DNA of 64,000 nucleotides. Source: the human T2T-CHM13v2.0 reference genome, Homo sapiens. The stretch is from assembly GCF_009914755.1 (NCBI RefSeq), contig NC_060948.1; one strand, written 5' to 3'. Numbering within the stretch: position 1 is the first letter of the stretch; the number at the start of each line of letters is the position of its first letter. Of this stretch, positions 14,966-31,904 are shown piece after piece. A model generated the notes under the pieces. The model was not told the origin of the DNA, did no database searches, and saw only the letters and a list, made by a program, of their open reading frames with translations. Made by a program: the position numbers and the translations under genes.

Positions 14966-17093
14966 AGATCCATATTTTTTAAATGAAAAAAAATTTCAAA
15001 GGTACTCTGCTTGGTACAATAATCAAATGTATAAACTGAGGAATAAAACATAACCATGAAACCTACTTATAACTGCATATGGAAAATACAGAGGATAATT
15101 TTTTAAATAACATATTTTGAAAGCCTTAACTAGTAATTTGAAGAGCTGGCATTTGAAAGGCCAGTATGAATATACCTTCAAAGCAGCAACACAGGTTCCC
15201 CATGAGAAAAAGCAAACACAGGGAAAATAAAACCACAAAGGTTCAATCTCTTCTGACCTTTGAAAGACACAGCACAGACAGTGGTCCTTAGGACGAAGAG
15301 CAGGAGACCCCTAATTCCGTCACCATGGCGATAGGGCATAAACATTGCTGGGTGAGGGCACAATCCACATTGTGAGGTCCAACTGCTGCCAGGAAGACAG
15401 GAGTGCTTTTACATAGACCGAAAGGTAATTGAAGGCTCAGAGTTTTCTTTCAAGAACTGAATCCCAAGCCCACACGTTATTAGGCTGCGCTTCTTAAAAC
15501 AAGTTATGAGATGGGAAAAAGGGCACCCACAAACATACGTATACATTATGTATATAATAATATACAGTATCATATATATAATATATATAACCTATGTATA
15601 ATATTGTTTTACATCCTGCATCTTATGTTATATATATTGTATAAAATATAATAATTGATAATATATAAGTTTTATAATTATACAATATGACATATAGTAT
15701 ATATTATAATTTATGACATATATAATATATGTTATATGTCATATATAGAATATATTATACGGTTAATATACGTATTAAATATAAATTATACATTATATAT
15801 ATTATATATAATATATCTGTTATATATAATACCCATTATGCATAATATATATATTATGTCTATGTTATATATAGTATAAAACAACATATAATAATATATA
15901 ATTGTATATATAAAATGCGACATATAATATATATTATATTTTATAACATATGTAATATATATTATATATTATATATAATACGTTGTATGTATAATACCAA
16001 TATTAAATATATATTATATGACTATGTTATTAATTACGTGTCACATGTGTTATATATTATATATTTTACATAGAATATACCGGTTACATACAATATATAC
16101 TATGTTACCTATAATGTATAATTTATTACATGTAAAATAAAGAATGCAATATATTATGTAAAATTTATAATATACCATATGTGGAATGTGATATATATAA
16201 CATATAATATATGATATATGATGTACAGTATATGATATATAACATACAATATATGATTCCTAATATATATGGTATACAATATATATTTTATGTTATGTAT
16301 TCTATATGTTTTATATTCTGTTATATATAACTATATGAAATTATATATAACTGTATAATATTTTATGTAAATATGTAATATAATATATATAACTATATAA
16401 TATATTATATATAACTATATATTATGTTATATATACTTTTATAACATAATTTACATAAAATATCATAATATAATATATATTATATTATTTCATATTACAT
16501 AATATATATTACATATCACCCAATATAAATAACATACATAATATTATAATATAGATTATATTATGTTATATTAAATATCATATATATCATGTATCATATA
16601 TTCTATAATATATATTACACCTTATATAATATGTATGTTGTCTATTATGTGATATATATAACTATATATATAATTATATTTTTATACATATAACTAGATA
16701 AACATGTAATTCTACATATTTCCATTTATAATATGTAGAATTATATATTCATATATAATTATTTATATTCTATAAAAAATTTTATCATTATATAAATTAT
16801 AATATATAAAAATTATAATATGTACTACAAATATATATATTATATATCATATATGATATAGTACTATTGTTATATTTCATAATACATATAAATGTGTATT
16901 ATGTTATCTATAATTATATAATTTCATATATAAGATGTATAATATGTATCATAAAATATATATGTTGTGTAATATATATAGTATATATAAGATGACACAG
17001 GATAAATATTATATACTATGACATATAAAATATATGAGGTTATATGTTACATATAAGGCATAGCACATAACATGTAATATATATCATATATAA

Positions 17094-17385
17094 TTTTTTT
17101 TTAGACAGAATCTTGTCCTGTTGCACAGGGTGGGGTACAATGGCGCCATCTTTGCTGACGGCAAATTCTGCCTCACGGGTCCAAGCGATTGTCCTCCCTC
17201 AGCCTCCCAGGTAGCTGGGACTACACCACACTGGGACTACACCAGCTGCCACCATGCCTAGCTAATTTTTTGGATTTTTAGTAGTGACAGCGTTTCACTG
17301 TATTGGCCAGGATGGTCTTGATCTCTTCACCTTGTGATCCCCTTGCCTTGGCCTCCAAATTTGCTGGGATTACAGGCCTGAGCCA
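17094..17385 (-). mobile_element. Alu fragment, DYZ2 unit 8
   Basis: Near-identical copy of 157..448. Confidence 0.93.
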
Positions 17386-19513
17386 AGATCCATATTTTTT
17401 AAATGAAAAAAAATTTCAAAGGTACTCTGCTTGGTACAATAATCAAATGTATAAACTGAGGAATAAAACATAACCATGAAACCTACTTATAACTGCATAT
17501 GGAAAATACAGAGGATAATTTTTTAAATAACATATTTTGAAAGCCTTAACTAGTAATTTGAAGAGCTGGCATTTGAAAGGCCAGTATGAATATACCTTCA
17601 AAGCAGCAACACAGGTTCCCCATGAGAAAAAGCAAACACAGGGAAAATAAAAACACAAAGGTTCAATCTCTTCTGACCTTTGAAAGACACAGCACAGACA
17701 GTGGTCCTTAGGACGAAGAGCAGGAGACCCCTAATTCCGTCACCATGGCGATAGGGCATAAACATTGCTGGGTGAGGGCACAATCCACATTGTGAGGTCC
17801 AACTGCTGCCAGGAAGACAGGAGTGCTTTTACATAGACCGAAAGGTCATTGAAGGCTCAGAGTTTTGTTTCAAGAACTGAATCCCAAGCCCACACGTTAT
17901 TAGGCTGCGCTTCTTAAAACAAGTTATGAGATGGGAAAAAGGGCACCCACAAACATACGTATACATTATGTATATAATAATATACAGTATCATATATATA
18001 ATATATATAACCTATGTATAATATTGTTTTACATCCTGCATCTTATGTTATATATATTGTATAAAATATAATAATTGATAATATATAAGTTTTATAATTA
18101 TACAATATGACATATAGTATATATTATAATTTATGACATATATAATATATGTTATATGTCATATATAGAATATATTATACGGTTAATATACGTATTAAAT
18201 ATAAATTATACATTATATATATTATATATAATATATCTGTTATATATAATACCCATTATGCATAATATATATATTATGTCTATGTTATATATAGTATAAA
18301 ACAACATATAATAATATATAATTGTATATATAAAATGCGACATATAATATATATTATATTTTATTACATATGCAATATATATTATATATTATATATAATA
18401 CGTTGTATGTATAATACCTATATTAAATATATATTATATGACTATGTTATTAATTACATGTCACATGCGTTATATATTATATATTTTACATAGAATATAC
18501 CGGTTACATACAATATATACTATGTTACCTATAATGTATAATTTATTACATGTAAAATAAAGAATGCAATATATTATGTAAAATTTATAATATACCATAT
18601 GTGGAATGTGATATATATAACATATAATATATGATATATGATGTACAGTATATGATATATAACATACAATATATGATTCCTAATATATATGGTATACAAT
18701 ATATATTTTATGTTATGTATTCTATATGTTTTATATTCTGTTATATATAACTATTTGAAATTATATATAACTGTATAATATTTTATGTAAATATGTAATA
18801 TAATATATATAACTATATAATATATTATATATAACTATATATTATGTTATATATACTTTTATAACATAATTTACATAAAATATCATAATATAATATATAT
18901 TATATTATTTCATATTACATAATATATATTACATATCACCCAATATAACTAACATACATAATATTATAATATAGATTATATTATGTTATATTAAATATCA
19001 TATATATCATGTATCATATATTCTATAATATATATTACACCTTATATAATATGTATGTTGTCTATTATGTGATATATATAACTATATATATAATTATATT
19101 TTTATACATATAACTAGATAAACATGTAATTCTACATATTTTCATTTATAATATGTAGAATTATATAATCATATATAATTATTTATATTCTATAAAAAAT
19201 TTTATCATTATATAAATTATAATATATAAAAATTATAATATGTACTACAAATATATATATTATATATCATATATGATATAGTACTATTGTTATATTTCAT
19301 AATACATATAAATGTGTATTATGTTATCTATAATTATATAATTTCATATATAAGATGTATAATATGTATCATAAAATATATATGTTGTGTAATATATATA
19401 GTATATATAAGATGACACAGGATAAATATTATATACTATGACATATAAAATATATGAGGTTATATGTTACATATAAGGCATAGCACATAACATGTAATAT
19501 ATATCATATATAA

Positions 19514-19805
19514 TTTTTTTTTAGACAGAATCTTGTCCTGTTGCACAGGGTGGGGTACAATGGCGCCATCTTTGCTGACTGCAAATTCTGCCTCACGGGT
19601 CCAAGCGATTGTCCTCCCTCAGCCTCCCAGGTAGCTGGGACTACACCACACTGGGACTACACCAGCTGCCACCATGCCTAGCTAATTTTTTGGATTTTTA
19701 GTAGTGACAGCGTTTCACTGTATTGGCCAGGATGGTCTTGATCTCTTCACCTTGTGATCCCCTTGCCTTGGCCTCCAAATTTGCTGGGATTACAGGCCTG
19801 AGCCA
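19514..19805 (-). mobile_element. Alu fragment, DYZ2 unit 9
   Basis: Copy of 157..448. Confidence 0.93.
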
Positions 19806-21933
19806 AGATCCATATTTTTTAAATGAAAAAAAATTTCAAAGGTACTCTGCTTGGTACAATAATCAAATGTATAAACTGAGGAATGAAACATAACCATGAA
19901 ACCTACTTATAACTGCATATGGAAAATACAGAGGATAATTTTTTAAATAACATATTTTGAAAGCCTTAACTAGTAATTTGAAGAGTTGGCATTTGAAAGG
20001 CCAGTATGAATATACCTTCAAAGCAGCAACACAGGTTCCCCATGAGAAAAAGCAAACACAGGGAAAATAAAAACACAAAGGTTCAATCTCTTCTGACCTT
20101 TGAAAGACACAGCACAGACAGTGGTCCTTAGGACGAAGAGCAGGAGACCCCTAATTCCGTCACCATGGCGATAGGGCATAAACATTGCTGGGTGAGGGCA
20201 CAATCCACATTGTGAGGTCCAACTGCTGCCAGGAAGACAGGAGTGCTTTTACATAGACCGAAAGGTCATTGAAGGCTCAGAGTTTTGTTTCAAGAACTGA
20301 ATCCCAAGCCCACACGTTATTAGGCTGCGCTTCTTAAAACAAGTTATGAGATGGGAAAAAGGGCACCCACAAACATACGTATACATTATGTATATAATAA
20401 TATACAGTATCATATATATAATATATATAACCTATGTATAATATTGTTTTACATCCTGCATCTTATGTTATATATATTGTATAAAATATAATAATTGATA
20501 ATATATAAGTTTTATAATTATACAATATGACATATAGTATATATTATAATTTATGACATATATAATATATGTTATATGTCATATATAGAATATATTATAC
20601 GGTTAATATACGTATTAAATATAAATTATACATTATATATATTATATATAATATATCTGTTATATATAATACCCATTATGCATAATATATATATTATGTC
20701 TATGTTATATATAGTATAAAACAACATATAATAATATATAATTGTATATATAAAATGCGACATATAATATATATTATATTTTATTACATATGCAATATAT
20801 ATTATATATTATATATAATACGTTGTATGTATAATACCTATATTAAATATATATTATATGACTATGTTATTAATTACATGTCACATGCGTTATATATTAT
20901 ATATTTTACATAGAATATACCGGTTACATACAATATATACTATGTTACCTATAATGTATAATTTATTACATGTAAAATAAAGAATGCAATATATTATGTA
21001 AAATTTATAATATACCATATGTGGAATGTGATATATATAACATATAATATATGATATATGATGTACAGTATATGATATATAACATACAATATATGATTCC
21101 TAATATATATGGTATACAATATATATTTTATGTTATGTATTCTATATGTTTTATATTCTGTTATATATAACTATTTGAAATTATATATAACTGTATAATA
21201 TTTTATGTAAATATGTAATATAATATATATAACTATATAATATATTATATATAACTATATATTATGTTATATATACTTTTATAACATAATTTACATAAAA
21301 TATCATAATATAATATATATTATATTATTTCATATTACATAATATATATTACATATCACCCAATATAACTAACATACATAATATTATAATATAGATTATA
21401 TTATGTTATATTAAATATCATATATATCATGTATCATATATTCTATAATATATATTACACCTTATATAATATGTATGTTGTCTATTATGTGATATATATA
21501 ACTATATATATAATTATATTTTTATACATATAACTAGATAAACATGTAATTCTACATATTTTCATTTATAATATGTAGAATTATATAATCATATATAATT
21601 ATTTATATTCTATAAAAAATTTTATCATTATATAAATTATAATATATAAAAATTATAATATGTACTACAAATATATATATTATATATCATATATGATATA
21701 GTACTATTGTTATATTTCATAATACATATAAATGTGTATTATGTTATCTATAATTATATAATTTCATATATAAGATGTATAATATGTATCATAAAATATA
21801 TATGTTGTGTAATATATATAGTATATATAAGATGACACAGGATAAATATTATATACTATGACATATAAAATATATGAGGTTATATGTTACATATAAGGCA
21901 TAGCACATAACATGTAATATATATCATATATAA

Positions 21934-22225
21934 TTTTTTTTTAGACAGAATCTTGTCCTGTTGCACAGGGTGGGGTACAATGGCGCCATCTTTGCTGACT
22001 GCAAATTCTGCCTCACGGGTCCAAGCGATTGTCCTCCCTCAGCCTCCCAGGTAGCTGGGACTACACCACACTGGGACTACACCAGCTGCCACCATGCCTA
22101 GCTAATTTTTTGGATTTTTAGTAGTGACAGCGTTTCACTGTATTGGCCAGGATGGTCTTGATCTCTTCACCTTGTGATCCCCTTGCCTTGGCCTCCAAAT
22201 TTGCTGGGATTACAGGCCTGAGCCA
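21934..22225 (-). mobile_element. Alu fragment, DYZ2 unit 10
   Basis: Copy of 157..448. Confidence 0.93.
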
Positions 22226-24330
22226 AGATCCATATTTTTTAAATGAAAAAAAATTTCAAAGGTACTCTGCTTGGTACAATAATCAAATGTATAAACTGAG
22301 GAATGAAACATAACCATGAAACCTACTTATAACTGCATATGGAAAATACAGAGGATAATTTTTTAAATAACATATTTTGAAAGCCTTAACTAGTAATTTG
22401 AAGAGTTGGCATTTGAAAGGCCAGTATGAATATACCTTCAAAGCAGCAACACAGGTTCCCCATGAGAAAAAGCAAACACAGGGAAAATAAAAACACAAAG
22501 GTTCAATCTCTTCTGACCTTTGAAAGACACAGCACAGACAGTGGTCCTTAGGACGAAGAGCAGGAGACCCCTAATTCCGTCACCATGGCGATAGGGCATA
22601 AACATTGCTGGGTGAGGGCACAATCCACATTGTGAGGTCCAACTGCTGCCAGGAAGACAGGAGTGCTTTTACATAGACCGAAAGGTCATTGAAGGCTCAG
22701 AGTTTTGTTTCAAGAACTGAATCCCAAGCCCACACGTTATTAGGCTGCGCTTCTTAAAACAAGTTATGAGATGGGAAAAAGGGCACCCACAAACATACGT
22801 ATACATTATGTATATAATAATATACAGTATCATATATATAATATATATAACCTATGTATAATATTGTTTTACATCCTGCATCTTATGTTATATATATTGT
22901 ATAAAATATAATAATTGATAATATATAAGTTTTATAATTATACAATATGACATATAGTATATATTATAATTTATGACATATATAATATATGTTATATGTC
23001 ATATATAGAATATATTATACGGTTAATATACGTATTAAATATAAATTATACATTATATATATTATATATAATATATCTGTTATATATAATACCCATTATG
23101 CATAATATATATATTATGTCTATGTTATATATAGTATAAAACAACATATAATAATATATAATTGTATATATAAAATGCGACATATAATATATATTATATT
23201 TTATTACATATGCAATATATATTATATATTATATATAATACGTTGTATGTATAATACCTATATTAAATATATATTATATGACTATGTTATTAATTACATG
23301 TCACATGCGTTATATATTATATATTTTACATAGAATATACCGGTTACATACAATATATACTATGTTACCTATAATGTATAATTTATTACATGTAAAATAA
23401 AGAATGCAATATATTATGTAAAATTTATAATATACCATATGTGGAATGTGATATATATAACATATAATATATGATATATGATGTACAGTATATGATATAT
23501 AACATACAATATATGATTCCTAATATATATGGTATACAATATATATTTTATGTTATGTATTCTATATGTTTTATATTCTGTTATATATAACTATTTGAAA
23601 TTATATATAACTGTATAATATTTTATGTAAATATGTAATATAATATATATAACTATATAATATATTATATATAACTATATATTATGTTATATATACTTTT
23701 ATAACATAATTTACATAAAATATCATAATATAATATATATTATATTATTTCATATTACATAATATATATTACATATCACCCAATATAACTAACATACATA
23801 ATATTATAATATAGATTATATTATGTTATATTAAATATCATATATATCATGTATCATATATTCTATAATATATATTACACCTTATATAATATGTATGTTG
23901 TCTATTATGTGATATATATAACTATATATATAATTATATTTTTATACATATAACTAGATAAACATGTAATTCTACATATTTCCATTTATAATATGTAGAA
24001 TTATATAATCATATATAATTATTTATATTCTATAAAAAATTTTATCATTATATAAATTATAATATATAAAAATTATAATATGTACTACAAATATATATAT
24101 TATATATCATATATGATATAGTACCTTTGTTATATATCATAATACATATAAATGTGTATTATGTTATCTATAATTATATAATTTCATATATAAGATGTAT
24201 AATATGTATCATATATTATATATGTTATGTAATATATATAGTATATATAAGATGACACAGGATAAATATTATATACTATGACATATAAAATATATGAGGT
24301 TATATGTTACATATAAGGCATAGCACATAA

Positions 24331-24645
<315 letters not shown>

Positions 24646-26750
24646 AGATCCATATTTTTTAAATGAAAAAAAATTTCAAAGGTACTCTGCTTGGTACAAT
24701 AATCAAATGTATAAACTGAGGAATAAAACATAACCATGAAACCTACTTATAACTGCATATGGAAAATACAGAGGATAATTTTTTAAATAACATATTTTGA
24801 AAGCCTTAACTAGTAATTTGAAGAGCTGGCATTTGAAAGGCCAGTATGAATATACCTTCAAAGCAGCAACACAGGTTCCCCATGAGAAAAAGCAAACACA
24901 GGGAAAATAAAACCACAAAGGTTCAATCTCTTCTGACCTTTGAAAGACACAGCACAGACAGTGGTCCTTAGGACGAAGAGCAGGAGACCCCTAATTCCGT
25001 CACCATGGCGATAGGGCATAAACATTGCTGGGTGAGGGCACAATCCACATTGTGAGGTCCAACTGCTGCCAGGAAGACAGGAGTGCTTTTACATAGACCG
25101 AAAGGTCATTGAAGGCTCAGAGTTTTGTTTCAAGAACTGAATCCCAAGCCCACACGTCATTAGGCTGCGCTTCTTAAAACAAGTTATGAGATGGGAAAAA
25201 GGGCACCCACAAACATACGTATACATTATGTATATAATAATATACAGTATCATATATATAATATATATAACCTATGTATAATATTGTTTTACATCCTGCA
25301 TCTAATGTTATATATATTGTATAAAATATAATAATTGATAATATATAAGTTTTATAATTATACAATATGACATATAGTATATATTATAATTTATGACATA
25401 TATAATATATGTTATATGTCATATATAGAATATATTATACGGTTAATATACGTATTAAATATAAATTATACATTATATATATTATATATAATATATCTGT
25501 TATATATAATACCCATTATGCATAATATATATATTATGTCTATGTTATATATAGCATAAAACAACATATAATAATATATAATTGTATATATAAAATGCGA
25601 CATATAATATATATTATATTTTATTACATATGTAATATATATTATATATTATATATAATACGTTGTATGTATAATACCTATATTAAATATATATTATATG
25701 ACTATGTTATTAATTACATGTCACATGCGTTATATATTATATATTTTATATAGAATATACCGGTTACATACAATATATACTATGTTACCTATAATGTATA
25801 ATTTATTACATGTAAAATAAAGAATGCAATATATTATGTAAAATTTATAATATACCATATGTGGAATGTGATATATATAACATATAATATATGATATATG
25901 ATGTACAGTATATGATATATAACATACAATATATGATTCCTAATATATATGGTATACAATATATATTTTATGTTATGTATTCTATATGTTTTATATTCTG
26001 TTATATATAACTATTTGAAATTATATATAACTGTATAATATTTTATGTAAATATGTAATATAATATATATAACTATATAATATATTATATATAACTATAT
26101 ATTATGTTATATATACTTTTATAACATAATTTACATAAAATATCATAATATAATATATATTATATTATTTCATATTACATAATATATATTACATATCACC
26201 CAATATAACTAACATACATAATATTATAATATAGATTATATTATGTTATATTAAATATCATATATATCATGTATCATATATTCTATAATATATATTACAC
26301 CTTATATAATATGTATGTTGTCTATTATGTGATATATATAACTATATATATAATTATATTTTTATACATATAACTAGATAAACATGTAATTCTACATATT
26401 TTCATTTATAATATGTAGAATTATATAATCATATATAATTATTTATATTCTATAAAAAATTTTATCATTATATAAATTATAATATATAAAAATTATAATA
26501 TGTACTACAAATATATATATTATATATCATATATGATATAGTACCTTTGTTATATATCATAATACATATAAATGTGTATTATGTTATCTATAATTATATA
26601 ATTTCATATATAAGATGTATAATATGTATCATATATTATATATGTTATGTAATATATATAGTATATATAAGATGACACAGGATAAATATTATATACTATG
26701 ACATATAAAATATATGAGGTTATATGTTACATATAAGGCATACCACATAA

Positions 26751-27065
<315 letters not shown>

Positions 27066-29193
27066 AGATCCATATTTTTTAAATGAAAAAAAATTTCAAA
27101 GGTACTCTGCTTGGTACAATAATCAAATGTATAAACTGAGGAATAAAACATAACCATGAAACCTACTTATAACTGCATATGGAAAATACAGAGGATAATT
27201 TTTTAAATAACATATTTTGAAAGCCTTAACTAGTAATTTGAAGAGTTGGCATTTGAAAGGCCAGTATGAATATACCTTCAAAGCAGCAACACAGGTTCCC
27301 CATGAGAAAAAGCAAACACAGGGAAAATAAAAACACAAAGGTTCAATCTCTTCTGACCTTTGAAAGACACAGCACAGACAGTGGTCCTTAGGACGAAGAG
27401 CAGGAGACCCCTAATTCCGTCACCATGGCGATAGGGCATAAACATTGCTGGGTGAGGGCACAATCCACATTGTGAGGTCCAACTGCTGCCAGGAAGACAG
27501 GAGTGCTTTTACATAGACCGAAAGGTCATTGAAGGCTCAGAGTTTTGTTTCAAGAACTGAATCCCAAGCCCACACGTTATTAGGCTGCGCTTCTTAAAAC
27601 AAGTTATGAGATGGGAAAAAGGGCACCCACAAACATACGTATACATTATGTATATAATAATATACAGTATCATATATATAATATATATAACCTATGTATA
27701 ATATTGTTTTACATCCTGCATCTAATGTTATATATATTGTATAAAATATAATAATTGATAATATATAAGTTTTATAATTATACAATATGACATATAGTAT
27801 ATATTATAATTTATGACATATATAATATATGTTATATGTCATATATAGAATATATTATACGGTTAATATACGTATTAAATATAAATTATACATTATATAT
27901 ATTATATATAATATATCTGTTATATATAATACCCATTATGCATAATATATATATTATGTCTATGTTATATATAGCATAAAACAACATATAATAATATATA
28001 ATTGTATATATAAAATGCGACATATAATATATATTATATTTTATTACATATGTAATATATATTATATATTATATATAATACGTTGTATGTATAATACCTA
28101 TATTAAATATATATTATATGACTATGTTATTAATTACATGTCACATGCGTTATATATTATATATTTTATATAGAATATACCGGTTACATACAATATATAC
28201 TATGTTACCTATAATGTATAATTTATTACATGTAAAATAAAGAATGCAATATATTATGTAAAATTTATAATATACCATATGTAGAATGTGATATATATAA
28301 CATATAATATATGATATATGATGTACAGTATATGATATATAACATACAATATATGATTCCTAATATATATGGTATACAATATATATTTTATGTTATGCAT
28401 TCTATATGTTTTATATTCTGTTATATATAACTATTTGAAATTATATATAACTGTATAATATTTTATGTAAATATGTAATATAATATATATAAATATATAA
28501 TATATTATATATAACTATATATTATGTTATATATACTTTTATAACATAATTTACATAAAATATCATAATATAATATATATTATATTATTTCATATTACAT
28601 AATATATATTACATATCACCCAATATAACTAACATACATAATATTATAATATAGATTATATTATGTTATATTAAATATCATATATATCATGTATCATATA
28701 TTCTATAATATATATTACACCTTATATAATATGTATGTTGTCTATTATGTGATATATATAACTATATATATAATTATATTTTTATACATATAACTAGATA
28801 AACATGTAATTCTACATATTTTCATTTATAATATGTAGAATTATATAATCATATATAATTATTTATATTCTATAAAAAATTTTATCATTATATAAATTAT
28901 AATATATAAAAATTATAATATGTACTATAAATATATATATTATATATCATATATGATATAGTACTATTGTTATATTTCATAATACATATAAATGTGTATT
29001 ATGTTATCTATAATTATATAATTTCATATATAAGATGTATAATATGTATCATAAATTATATATGTTGTGTAATATATATAGTATATATAAGATGACACAG
29101 GATAAATATTATATACTATGACATATAAAATATATGAGGTTATATGTTACATATAAGGCATAGCACAGAACATGTAATATATATCATATATAA

Positions 29194-29485
29194 TTTTTTT
29201 TTAGACAGAATCTTGTCCTGTTGCACAGGGTGGGGTACAATGGCGCCATCTTTGCTCACTGCAACTTCTGCCTCACGGGTCCAAGCGATTGTCCTCCCTC
29301 AGCCTCCCAGGTAGCTGGGACTACACCACACTGGGACTACACCAGCTGCCACCATGCCTAGCTAATTTTTTGGATTTTTAGTAGTGACAGCGTTTCACTG
29401 TATTGGCCAGGATGGTCTTGATCTCTTCACCTTGTGATCCCCTTGCCTTGGCCTCCAAATTTGCTGGGATTACAGGCCTGAGCCA
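29194..29485 (-). mobile_element. Alu fragment, DYZ2 unit 13
   Basis: Copy of 157..448 with a few substitutions. Confidence 0.93.
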
Positions 29486-31589
29486 AGATCCATATTTTTT
29501 AAATGAAAAAAAATTTCAAAGGTACTCTGCTTGGTACAATAATCAAATGTATAAACTGAGGAATAAAACATAACCATGAAACCTACTTATAACTGCATAT
29601 GGAAAATACAGAGGATAATTTTTTAAATAACATATTTTGAAAGCCTTAACTAGTAATTTGAAGAGTTGGCATTTGAAAGGCCAGTATGAATATACCTTCA
29701 AAGCAGCAACACAGGTTCCCCATGAGAAAAAGCAAACACAGGGAAAATAAAAACACAAAGGTTCAATCTCTTCTGACCTTTGAAAGACACAGCACAGACA
29801 GTGGTCCTTAGGACGAAGAGCAGGAGACCCCTAATTCCGTCACCATGGCGATAGGGCATAAACATTGCTGGGTGAGGGCACAATCCACATTGTGAGGTCC
29901 AACTGCTGCCAGGAAGACAGGAGTGCTTTTACATAGACCGAAAGGTCATTGAAGGCTCAGAGTTTTGTTTCAAGAACTGAATCCCAAGCCCACACGTTAT
30001 TAGGCTGCGCTTCTTAAAACAAGTTATGAGATGGGAAAAAGGGCACCCACAAACATACGTATACATTATGTATATAATAATATACAGTATCATATATATA
30101 ATATATATAACCTATGTATAATATTGTTTTACATCCTGCATCTTATGTTATATATATTGTATAAAATATAATAATTGATAATATATAAGTTTTATAATTA
30201 TACAATATGACATATAGTATATATTATAATTTATGACATATATAATATATGTTATATGTCACATATAGAATATATTATACGGTTAATATACGTATTAAAT
30301 ATAAATTATACATTATATATATTATATATAATATATCTGTTATATATAATACCCATTATGCATAATATATATATTATGTCTATGTTATATATAGTATAAA
30401 ACAACATATAATAATATATAATTGTATATATAAAATGCGACATATAATATATATTATATTTTATAACATATGTAATATATATTATATATTATATATAATA
30501 CGTTGTATGTATAATACCTATATTAAATATATATTATATGACTATGTTATTAATTACATGTCACATGTGTTATATATTATATATTTTACATAGAATATAC
30601 CGGTTACATACAATATATACTATGTTACCTATAATGTATAATTTATTACATGTAAATTAAAGAATGCAATATATTATGTAAAATTTATAATATACCATAT
30701 GTGGAATGTGATATATACAACATATAATATATGATATATGATGTACAGTATATGATATATAACATACAATATATGATTCCTAATATATATGGTATACAAT
30801 ATATATTTTATGATATGTATTCTATATGTTTTATATTCTGTTATATATAACTATTTGAAATTATATATAACTGTATAATATTTTATGTAAATATGTAATA
30901 TAATATATATAACTATATAATATATTATATATAACTATATATTATGTTATATATACTTTTATAACATAATTTACATAAAATATCATAATATAATATATAT
31001 TATATTATTTCATATTACATAAAATATATTACATATCACCCAATATAACTAACATACATAATATTATAATATAGATTATATTATGTTATAATAAATATCA
31101 TATATATCATATATCATATATTCTATAATATATATTACACATTATATAATATGTATGTTGTCTATTATGTGATATATATAACTATATATATAATTATATT
31201 TGTATACATATAACTAGATAAACATGTAATTCTACATATTTTCATTTATAATATGTAGAATTATATAATCATATATAATTATTTATATTCTAAAAAAATT
31301 TTATCAATATATAAATTATTATATATAAAAACTATAATATGTACTACAAATATATATATTATATATCATATATGCTATAGTACCTTTGTTATATATCATA
31401 ATACATATAAATGTGTATTATGTTATCTATAATTATATAATTTCATATATAAGTTGTATAATATGTATCATATATTATATATGTTATGTAATATATATAG
31501 TATATATAAGATGACACAGGATAAATATTATATACTATGACATATAAAATATATGAGGTTATATGTTACATATAAGGCATAGCACATAA

Positions 31590-31904
<315 letters not shown>

